From: Selaginella moellendorffii
Lineage: Eukaryota > Plantae > Lycopodiophyta
DNA: 64,000 bases
Reading direction: 5' to 3'
NCBI RefSeq assembly: GCF_000143415.4
Contig: NW_003314269.1
Coordinates: 3,392,211 to 3,456,210 of the forward strand
A model generated the notes under the pieces. The model saw only the letters and a program-made list of their open reading frames with translations, had not been told where the DNA came from and did no database searches. Positions 1-10,235 of this stretch are shown here, one piece after another. The first letter of the stretch is position 1, and the number at the start of each line of letters is the position of its first letter. The translations under genes were made by a program, and so were the position numbers.

Positions 1-289
1 TCTTAAGATCCACGGAGGGAACATGCGTCGCACTTGCGCTGTCCCCAACATCTGCTTTCTTCTGAAGATTTTTCAAGGCAACAACAACATTTACCCCGAC
101 GACCATCTCTCCTCGTTCAATAGCGACCACATTCCCATCGAAGACAGTCTCTACTGATACAGCAGCATTGCCTTCCCCAAGCCTTTGACAGTGTATAACA
201 AAGTTCCGATCCATAGACACAAGGGTCCCTTTTGCAACTCTCTTCCCACCATTCAAAATGTAAACCTTTTCCCCAACCCTGAAGGCCAT
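1..289 (-). CDS. 5' part of a Tnp1/En-Spm-like (transposon-associated) domain protein, running off the window edge
   Basis: Manual translation (absent from the ORF track): MAFRVGEKVYILNGGKRVAKGTLVSMDRNFVIHCQRLGEGNAAVSVETVFDG..., open to position 1. It matches the VAxG...H..LG....V.V pattern of the Transposase_23/Tnp1-like domain. A TTTCAG acceptor just upstream of the ATG suggests a 5'UTR intron. Confidence 0.6.
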   Translation of the reverse strand, partial: MAFRVGEKVYILNGGKRVAKGTLVSMDRNFVIHCQRLGEGNAAVSVETVFDGNVVAIERGEMVVGVNVVVALKNLQKKADVGDSASATHVPSVDLK

Positions 290-658
290 TCTGAAAGTGC
301 AGAAAAGAAGTTAAGACCATACAAAAAATGATTGGAGAATGGCCTAAATCATAACATACCAAACAACCTCAATAGCATGAGGCCACATGCCATTATTCAA
401 ACATGCTATTGACTCCCACGTGAAATTTCGCATTCACAAAATTGGCATGAGGCCTCATGCCATCTTGATATACACACAGCTGCAGGCAAGTAAAAACATA
501 CATGACAATACGCTAGCCATGAAATTGCAAGGGCCCAAGATGGCATGTGGCCTCATGCCATTTCTAAATGTGGTCCTAAGCCATTCCATGGTGAACATAC
601 CAGGAAGCACAAGTGCCGAATATCAAGAGGAAGCGGTAGCCACACCAAAGACAGTGCT

Positions 659-725
659 GCTCGCAACACCGCAACTACTCGTAGCGCCGCTCGCAACACC
701 GCAACTGCTCGTAGCGCCGCTCGCA
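659..725. repeat. 30-bp tandem repeat (2.2 units) upstream of the minus-strand gene
   Basis: GCTCGCAACACCGCAACTRCTCGTAGCGCC at 659-688 and 689-718, plus a partial unit. Confidence 0.9.
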
Positions 726-1159
726 CAAACTGCCACTCGCATAAATTGCCACTCGCAATGGCGCTCGCAATGCCGCAACCGCTCGTAGACGCATAAACCA
801 CAGCCCACAACGCCGCTTACACAAGCAGCGCTCACTGCGCTCAGCGGAACCAAGAACACGGCGCACAAAAATGATAGACCTAGGAATGAGTTCGAGAATT
901 CAAAAATAACACACGCTTGAACGTCACATCAAATCCTCTGACAAACCAGATCTTATGATTCCTCTGACAAATTTCAAACTGAGTAGCTTCTAGACTTTGC
1001 TGTCGGAGGTTGAACTTTGTCACATCATGTCCTTGCCTCGATCCAGCTGTGCCATGTCAGTGATTCGAACTTTGCCATGCCATGTCAGCGATCCGCGCCA
1101 AGATTATTCGCCGTGTAAAGGAATAATTATGCTGTGTGTGTACGTCCATTTATGGCAAT

Positions 1160-2550
1160 ATAAGGCCACACGCCATTCAAAGAATAATGCTCGACATAAG
1201 GCCACACGCCATTCAAAGAATAATGCTAGTCGAGCATTTTTTGGTGCATTTTTGGGTTCAAAATTGCATGAGCCCACACGCTATAAAGTTTACCTGTACC
1301 AAAAATAGAAACAGCTTTATTTACTTGGGAATTTAAGTGGTTGAGGCATTTTTAAACTTACAAACACATGCCCTACTTACATTCCTTTGGTTGCATAAAA
1401 TTCAAAAATATTATAAACCTTTCTTTTTGCATTTTCAATGTTTTCAATTATGGTTTTTGATTTTCGTAGGACCAGCCTAGTAATCTATTTGCATCCCGTC
1501 ATGTTTATAGCTAGCTTTCGTTTGTCCCCTTCGCTAGCCTGAGATACATCTGCTCGGCATCTGCCTCTTACAGCATTTGCCCAGAAAGGGCATCTTTCTT
1601 CACGCAGCATTTGCCACATGTTTAGGGTTTAGGGTTTAGGGTTTAGGGTTTAGCAATTCAATAGCTTGATAAACATGTAAATACAGAACTTGATGCAAAA
1701 TCCTTTGATATGTCACAATGCCCCTAGGACCATAAACACATTTCAATAGAGAGGGTCCTTTCATTTCATAACTCCTTACGTAGATCTTGGTGAAACCAGA
1801 GTTAGTGAAGTTAGTTTCTTGTGATCCCGCATCTGATTGTGATGTCCCTTTGCAGTTTCGATGGAAAGGTCAATGCACACCAAACTGTAAAATCTTGGAG
1901 CAAAATAACGGTCGGATCTATGGCAAATGCCCCTGAAACATTGTAAGGCTCGTGTGGTCTCATGTGGTGTCCGATCGAGATGCTTCTTTGCAGGGTCATC
2001 AAGAAAGACATTGTATACCATTCTGTAAAATCTAGTTGCGATCTAACGGTTGGATCTCCAGAAAACTCAAAAAAATCTCGCGCGTGTCAGAATATCCTAG
2101 GAATATACTCCTATGTGCCCCTGAAAATGGCATGCGGCCCCACGCCATTCAAGAGATAATGCCAGATGACGCCGAGAATTTTTTGGTGCATTTCTTGGGT
2201 TCAAAATTGCATGAGCCCACACACTATAAAGTTTATCTTTGCCAAATAGAGAAAAGTTTATCTGTGTCATGTGAGGTAGTTACAGTCCTTTGTGCTCGGC
2301 ATCTGCCTCTTGCAGCATTTGCACTGAAAGGGAATTTTTCTCCATTCAGCATTTGGCCCTGAAAATGGCATGCGCCCACACGCCATTGAAGGAATAACGC
2401 CACAGGACGCCTGGATTTTTGGGTTTAAAATGTTTAGGGTTTTTTGGGTTTTTTCAAAATATTTTGGGTCCAACGTCTTTTGGGTTTCTTTGGTTCAAAA
2501 TTGCATGAGCCCACACGCTATAATATTGATTTGAGAGAAAAATAGAAACA
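1160..2550. repeat. Duplicated/triplicated intergenic modules
   Basis: CGCCATT..ATAAYGC...GGTTCAAAATTGCATGAGCCCACACRCTATAA module at ~1170-1310, ~2142-2255 and ~2381-2550. TGCTCGGCATCTGCCTCTT..CAGCATTTGC module at ~1551-1615 and ~2293-2358. Confidence 0.85.
1621..1653 (+). repeat. Interstitial plant telomeric repeat (TTTAGGG)4+TTTAG
   Basis: Perfect Arabidopsis-type heptamers. Confidence 0.95.
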
Positions 2551-3233
2551 GATAGAATTTCTTTATTTAGCTGAACATCTGCCATTTTTGGAAATACAAG
2601 ATGCTTTGGAATATCCAATCATGCATGGTATAAATATAGCGAGGGTATTAAATGATATCCCAATCATGATCTTTCTTTCGGATTTCACGTGCATGCAGTC
2701 CGAGGAATGATGACGTTGCGGATTTCTTTTGGATTTTGCGTGCTTGCATGCGCGCGGCAATCCAGAAATTAATGGTGGCGCCCAAGTCCGAGGAATGATG
2801 ACGTGGTGGGATTACCAACCGTTGTGACATTTCGCGCGTGTGAGGTTAGGTTTTGCATTTTGCTTTGTACTCGCGCTCGCACACTCACGCTCGCGCTCGC
2901 ATCACACTCGCGCTCCCACTCGCGATCACGCTCACTTCTCTACAGGTTTCTCGTGTGCATCGGCGTCCACTCGCGCTTGCATCACACTCGCGCTCGCATC
3001 GCGCTCGTGTGCATCGGCGTCCACTTCAAGACACACCCAGTTTGTAACTTCGCCGCCAACTCCGCCGCCCACTCCGCCACCCACACGCAGCCCACTTGGC
3101 GTCCCGGGAGATTTCAGCGCCACTCTCCAACTGTAAGTGGCAGAGTAGCCTTGCTGCTACGATCCGCTGCACACACAGTGCACATTCGCCAGCGAGTCCG
3201 GCCTCGATTGTCACGGCCTCCATTCGGCTTCAA

Positions 3234-6200
3234 ATGGTAAGTCTTTTAGACGAAGTAGAAAATGGCATGAGGCCACATGCCATTCAGTAGCAACATTGGC
3301 ATGCACCGATTGGGCTCTCGAGTGCAGTCCGGTTACAGATGGCGTGTAGCCTCACGCCATCTTAGGATGCAGCCTCAAGACATCTGATGCAGTGGTGAAT
3401 GGCGTGTGGCCTCACGTTATTTCCAGCTGCTAGCTTTTCATCTGTCAGCTCTAATTGTTGTGCATTTCTGAACAGGAGAGGAATTGCGTTCTTCTTCCAG
3501 CCACTGTCAATGTGGATGCAGAGAAGGGGGAGGAGCTCACCAGTTGGACTTTCGGGATGGAAGGCGAGGATCTGATGCTGTACAACACAGATGGTGGGAG
3601 AAAAGAATGCATGGGGATCCTCATCCAAGTGACAGACACTCCATGCAGTTCCATGCAAGAATATGGACTGGCACTTGTGGTAGAGACAGCGTCCGCCTTC
3701 AAGATCCACCTTGCACATCCTAGCGGCTTCCCGGAGGGGGGCAGCGGCTATGAGGAATTCCTAGAGGGAGCTAGGGAGAGGTTGTCCAGGAGGCCCACAA
3801 TTTCAAAGACGCTGCGGGTCTATGAAGATCACATGGAATCCACGGACCTCACCTACGGCGATGTTCAAAATCTATATTCCAACATTGAGCCGTTGAGAGT
3901 GCCTCCAGTTTGCGAAGCGAAGGGGAAGGGGGTCGATCTGGAAACTACCCCGAAGCAGAAAAGGGTGGTCAAGCTCAAGCCGACGTCCGACTCTGCTGCT
4001 CCAAAAAAGAAGCTACTCGGTGATGCCATTGCCTCGGGTTCGAACACTACACCCACCAAAAAGAAGAGCCGCAAAGAGCAGAAAGAGCAAGAAGAGGCAG
4101 CAAAAATCGTCGCAGATAATAGTACTTGTTACTATTCCAACAAAGTATATACAATCGACGTGAGCCATATCGAGATCCAAAGCAAATACAACCACAGGCT
4201 AGTATCTGATGAGTGGGTGGAGAAACTGAAGCAGAAGATGCTGGCAAGTCCAGTAACACCCGACATCGCAGACGTGATCCCCTACTACCAAACAATGAAG
4301 GGCGAGACGAGGTTTCCAGACTTGATCAATAGGAAGGTGTTGGACGATCAGAACATCCGGTTCTATGCCGTCTCCGGGCAGCATTCTAGCTTGGCGATGC
4401 AACAGATAGTTGTGGATATTATGGTGGGCGAGGAGGTGAAGAAAGTCTTCAAGACAAGAGTTGTCCGCCTGATGAAAGGCAACTCGCCCCTCCGATCTAT
4501 CATATACATCTCCCACACGCAGAATGTCAAGCAAGAAACGTGCTACAAATCGGGTCTGCACGAGACATTGGCACGAACACGGAAGCTCTGGGTTCAACTG
4601 AAGAAGCCACAAAAACCAGGACAAGGACGTGCACTAGCAACTAGCGCCTGGCAGGTAAGCCTCGTTGCATGTGGCATAGCATGTGGCCTCACGCCATTTC
4701 CATTGCAGGAATTCTCGAGTCTTCTCTCGAAAACACTGGGGGTCAATGACACACTCAGCATCCATAACATTCTACTCGCGACAAAAGTTGTTTTTGACAA
4801 ATGGGTAGATGTGCTAAGGAGGTACCATGACGGGGAGTTGCTAAACTCAATGGGTGTGGAGGACGGCCGGAAGCCCAATGATTTGAAGCTCAACGCCTTG
4901 CGTTTCTCGCGGTCTCTAGACAACGACAACCTTCTGACAGTGGCTAATGCTCTTCTACGTGGTGAGGTAGTCTTCAACAAGACCAAAATGACTCCCGGCC
5001 ATATTGTGACATACGAGGACTTGTGCACGACTCTGAGAGCTCGTGCGCTATTGAAGGATTGGATCTTCGAGCAAGTGGCCGTGGCGAGGGTGAGCATTGA
5101 CACCACGCAAGAGATGATGGAAGAGCTGGACTTGTCAAATGAAGACATCGACGAGTACGTGAAGGGGGCCCCCAAGTTCATCGATCTGCTGCGGGATGCC
5201 ACGAAAAGTAAAGCTGAGAAGTTGGATCAGTATCCAAATTTCATTAAGAGGGATGTCGACCGCCGGCTTCAGAAACAGCTCGACCCCGCAGCAGAGGCCT
5301 ATCGAGAACCTTACCGGGTATACGTGAATTCGGATGAGGATCAAAGGTGGAGGAGCATCGTTTCCCGCGGAGATGAGCAGGTCAAGAACATCTTTTGTGT
5401 GATGGACTTCACAAACGAGGAGATCACTCATGCAGACGAAGTCAGCTCCATCATTGACTTAATGGTGGGACTTGCGGAGGTGGAATCTTCAGTCCACTAT
5501 ATGATCTACGACTCCGAATCCTATCACAAGTTCTGGAAGGCCTTGAACAAGGTGAAGGCTCGGTTGAAAGGCAAGGAGATGCGGGAGATCCATGGGATAA
5601 TGGCTAAGAAGAAGATACTGACGAATTTCCGCATCTTCACAGTCGCCCTTGTTATTGGTCCTGCAGCAGAGTGGGACTGGAGTGACTTCCCAGCTTCGTT
5701 CAACAAAGCCGATCGAATTGATCTGAGGGAGGTGAATTTACCCGTGCCTGAGGAACTGAAGACGGCTATGGAGCTTTCGAATCCAAAGAAAGCTCCAGGT
5801 GCAGCATGGGAAATGCTCAGCTGGGTCTTCAACGCAATAGCGGGTCCTTCGTCCACTGGGGACTCCAAGGGCAAATGCGTTGTCGAGTACAACTGCGGCG
5901 GACTATTCTTTCGAGCCGCACTACTCAAGAGTGTCCCGTGTGTTGCGGTGACAAACTCCATTGAAGAGGTGACTTCAATGGAGCATATAATTACAGTTGC
6001 CAAAGAAAAACAGTATCTTCTCTGTGAACCTGGTGAATACGCACTTTAAGTTTAAATGTTATCTCACAACCTCTGTATGCAGGAGCATGGCCACCCCCAG
6101 ATGCTGAAACGGCGTTAACAGCTACTGTTGAAGATACCCATGTTGGGCCGAGCTCACAACCTACACAAGGTAAGGTCACGTGAGGCTTCACGCCATTTTG

Positions 6201-8866
6201 ATTATAGATCGTTGTGAATATTCAGACACGAGGACTGAAAAGCGCACTGGTGGCGCGTCGAAGAAGGACAAATAGACAAGCAATAGGAAAAAAGGAGGTA
6301 CAAATTATATTTGCAATGGCGTGTGGTCTCATGCCATTCCTTGCAGGAGACACTTCTTCAAAGGCAAAACAGGCAAGCACCAGCCAAGCTCAAACTGACA
6401 GTGGTCATAAAAAGCGAAAGCACGTTGGACAATCGTCGGGATCAGAGGCGTTTGATTCGAAAAGGAAGAAGGGCAACGAAAAGATGATAGGTAATGCCTC
6501 GCGGTTATGGCGTGTGTGCTCATGCCATTCATTGCAGATCAAGGGCTGAGTGAAAGGAGCCAGTCACCACCTTCTGACTCAGATTCCTATGGCGGACTCC
6601 CCTTCCCCAATCTCAATGGAGAGGTACAATGGATGAGGGATGCTTTTCAAGTCAGGGCCACGTTTTTCTCATCTCGTCGTCTTCGAAGGGTGCAAGAACG
6701 TGCAAAAACCATGTTAAGACAGTCGGGTGAGGATACGGTCCTAGGTCACGCACTAAAACAGGCTATGGATGTCTTGTATTTTGAGATGGAGACTCGGCCA
6801 GATGATTTTTCCAAGATGGTCCTGGAAAAACAAGCCATCCAGCCTGAGCAGCCTATGGAAGAAATGCAAGAGGGGGATGAGGAGCCAGAGAAAGATAATG
6901 AGCAGGAAGAGCAGAAGGACGAAGAAGAGGACAAAGAAGAGGAGGACGAAGAAGAGGAGGATGAAGAAGAGGAGGACGAAGAGGACTTGGATGGTCCTCA
7001 CAATGGTGACGATCACAATAACGACAATGACGATGATGACGACGATGGCCAGCCTGAGGTGGCCAAAGAGCAGCGGAGGAAGGTCATACAAGACAAACCA
7101 TCAGGTAAATAATAGTACATCCATTCCTAACCTTTTACCATTTCTAACATTGTCCATGTAGGTCGCAGAAGAAATGGTAAGTAGAGATTATTCAGTTGAA
7201 TTAAGATACAAACTCTAGCCTTTAGTGTCGAGGAAGGATAGTGCCAAGCAAGGGTCGAAACGTATGTCCAATCCTTCAGAATCAGCAGTGCGCCCAAGTG
7301 ATATCGGTCCTAGTTCCTCAATAGCAGTTGATGGTAAATACAGTATAGTCGATTCAATGTGCTAATGAGTTTGTTTTTAGTAGCACGGGAGGATACCATC
7401 TCAATCGAAGGGAGATATTTGGACATGCATATGGATCTGCCAGTGGACTCTACTTGCCTGCAAGAGTCATCAGAGCTGGTGGAGGCTACTATCCATATCA
7501 ACGCCAAACAAGCTGACCACGCTCCACTTGATGCTGCCCATACCACTGAGTCAATCTTGTCCATGTATCCAACTGACGGTGACCAGGCGCCATTGGACCC
7601 GCATGAGGCCGCTCCAGCCGCCGAGCCGGTCGTATCCTCATTTCCAACGTGTGCCCAATCGTCTGACTACGCGGCGTTGGAACCTCCCTACACCGCCCCT
7701 GCTGCCTGTTCGGTCATGTCCACTTTGCCAACGGAGGCACCAGCTGAAATGGCGTGTGATCACACGCCATCGGAACCACCCCATGCCACTGTTGAGCCAG
7801 TTGTACCAGAGTCTACAGCTGAAATGGCATGTGCCCACACGCCATCGGATGCGATTGACCCCACATTGCAGAGGAGAGTATTTCCGCCCTTCACGTTTCC
7901 TCGACCAAAACCCTCTGAATGACCATCGGGAGCACCATTCGCTAATATTGTAGATGGTAAAATTGACTTGTACCATTTTTTATGCTGACGCATTTCATTT
8001 CAGAGTCACGGCGAAAGTACTGTATCGTTTTTGATCTGAACGGTGTCCTTTTCTCCCATGAGCGTGGCTCGTCCTCGAATGTCACTGCACCCTCCAAAGC
8101 CTGCGGTCGCAAGTTGGTCAAAAGAGACAGATTCACATTAATCACACGGGAGAAACTGCGGGATCTAATAATGACCATGCGACACTTAAAACAGAGGGCC
8201 GGGTTCAATTTGCAATTGGGAGTTTGGACATCCATGATGCGCCACAATGCATTAACGTTGCTACAGATGATGCACGATCAGACGCGAGTAATATTACCAT
8301 TTGACTTTCTCCTAACGCAGGAGGATTGCTTGACTATGGTCCATGTGAGGGGTAGCAAGCCCATCTTCGTCAAGGCAGAGGCTGTAGTGATAAACCGGAC
8401 TGCTAGGTTAAGTGAAATCCTCATCATCGATGACTCGCCGATTAAAACTGCAGCGAACACGCACACATATGCAGTGCACCCCATCTCTTGCAGTATGGAA
8501 ACTAGGGAGAAGAAACCGTATGTTCTGGGGGACCTTGCAAAACGGCTTGAAGCGATGGTGATAGAGAACCGGCCAGTCCAGGAGGTGGCTGCAGAAATCA
8601 ACCAAATGGCAGATGGAACGGTATATCAGAAGCCATTTGATCGGACAGACACCAGTCATCATTTATGGCATGTATATTGTCTAGCCAAGCACTATCCACA
8701 TCTCCATAATCTGCTCAACCGGATGGGTTCTTCGACCACTGAACATGAGCGTGGACGTATTAGAGAAGAGATGGCATTACTATTGGGTTTAAATCCTGAT
8801 AGTGTGGAGAGTGATGAAATTCCAAGATTATTGTATAGGCGTTGGAGGCAAAAAATAACAGTCTGA
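3234..8866 (+). pseudogene. 11-exon gene: ParB/Srx-like + degenerate N6A/N4C MTase-like + acidic linker + FCP1/SCP (NIF) HAD phosphatase; two in-frame stops
   Basis: Phase-consistent GT-AG introns at 3237-3475, 4655-4708, 6033-6082, 6170-6225, 6298-6346, 6491-6537, 7105-7161, 7177-7225, 7334-7380 and 7957-8003 join the ORF-track pieces into one frame, except for TAG 6273-6275 and TGA 7920-7922. Motifs: IDVSHI..NHR...VEKL / FYAVSGQH / ISHTQN (ParB-like); KKAP..EMLSWVF...GKCVVEYNCGG..RAAL..VPCVAV (MTase motif X/I-like); IVFDLNGVL, VWTSM, TQEDC, IIDDSPIK (FCP1-like). Confidence 0.7.
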
Positions 8867-10109
8867 GATGGCATGTATTTATTTAAAAATGTAACTTATT
8901 ATGGCATGGGGTTCCATGCCATTGTATTAATATTAAAAGACAATTCTTTGAGAGGATTTGCATTATACTAGAAGTGTTACAGCATGTTATTGGAAGTCTA
9001 CGAAGTTGTTTTATTAATAAGGGGAAAATAAAGATTGAATGGGGACTTGGGCTCCACCTAGACTCGGAGCAACTGAGCCAATATTAAAAGGATGGAAAGA
9101 AATTGGACGACGATGACAAGGAGAAGAGAGAGGTGAAGCAGTGGCAGGGGGAGGAGAAGTGATTGAGTAGACATTTCCTTGTTTAAAATAAAATGGCATG
9201 TGCCTCAATGCAGTTGAATTTTGTTATATTTATATACTATATAAAGGTTTGGAAACCTTATTTTACAAGTGGGATAATGACAATTCCCACTTTAACGAAA
9301 TAGAGCTTTCTTTCTTTTTCTTTTAACTGCAGACTTTATGAACTAATTTTTTATTCGTCTTGCGGTGGTTTTGTTGGATCTTAGGCTTGTTGGATAGTTC
9401 TAGAGCTCCTCTTTCTAGCAAGGTATAGCACTTATTAAGCCGTGTAGTATTTAAAGAGATACAACATTTCTTGGCTCAATTGAATGAACATTTTGGGGTT
9501 TTCACTTTCTTGCCTAAATCCTCGGCCCAATCTCTCATAGTAGTGCATTTAGGCTTGTATATCTGACCTAGATCTACAAGTAGTGGTGATTCTTGGCGCT
9601 AGATTTGGCCAAATTGGCAGCATGCAAAAAGATTTTCCTCTCTAGCTAAATTGGGTCATATTTGTAGTAGGAATTTGTGCTCTTCCGAGCTTTGTTTTGG
9701 ATGCCATTTGTTTTTAGAGGTGCTCTTAAGTCTAAGCTTTCCGTAGATACCAATGGCACTTTAGTATTAATCTACATCAGTGATATGCACATGTTTTCCC
9801 ACAATATTGGGTTTTTAGGCTACCTCTTCTTGGATTTCGGGGAATGTTGAGGCAGATTCTTCCCAAATTCCTCCAATAGAGGGTAGATGGGGCTAAGCCC
9901 TTTCCAATAAGCCCACCAACAGTCAAAATGGGGAAGGATTGAGACCAGAGGACTCATTTTTCTCTTTTAGGCTAAATTTTGTTGGGGGTTCCTTGGGAAC
10001 AAAACAATCTTCAAGGAACAAGTTGGTGTAGGAACAGGAACAAAAGGAGCAGGAACAGGAGTTAATGTTGGAGCAGGAACAGGAGTTAATGTTGGAGTAG
10101 GCACAGGAA

Positions 10110-10235
10110 TAGGAGCAAGAGTAGGGGGTTACCGGTTATAGGTTACAGGTTCCCAGTTACTGGTTACTAATTATTGGTTACCGGTTACCGGTTACTCCGA
10201 GAGGTCAATGCTTACTCTACGGATCAATGGTTATG
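10110..10235 (+). repeat. GGTTAC-rich ~125-bp direct repeat, copy 1 (copy 2 at ~13850-13980)
   Basis: Both copies read GGTTACCGGTTATARGTTACA...GGTTACCGGYTACTCCRAGAGGTCA. Confidence 0.8.

Larger units (their letters stand above)
372..9210. repeat. Dispersed 22-bp palindrome family, consensus ATGGCRTGWGGCCWCAYGCCAT (~20 copies)
   Basis: Copies start at ~372, 442, 540, 2127, 2365, 3262, 3339, 3399, 4676, 6316, 6507, 7749, 7824 and 8901. Variants or partials at ~1161, 1197, 1263, 2206, 2500, 6179 and 9193. Perfect palindromes at 443-462 and 7749-7770. Confidence 0.92.
1..9215. mobile_element. Putative large DNA transposon segment (CACTA/EnSpm-related cargo region); termini not seen
   Basis: Divergent gene pair with no recognisable host gene, a Tnp1/En-Spm-like domain, internal duplicated modules, and an element-specific palindrome family that stops at ~9210. 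No TIR or DDE transposase is visible in the window. Confidence 0.5.

Noticed and set aside
387-3240. Short ORFs in the divergent intergenic region (e.g. 387-788, 2803-3240)
   Set aside because: They arise from GC-rich leader repeats and the palindrome (recurring MACGLMP/MRPHAI peptides) and show no domain signal.
372-9210. Palindrome family as a CRISPR array
   Set aside because: Spacing is irregular (tens of bp to >1 kb), copies lie in introns and CDS, there are no cas genes, and the context is eukaryotic.
9541-9545. TAGTG as the right CACTA terminus
   Set aside because: A 5-mer with no visible subterminal repeats or partner TIR; expected by chance.
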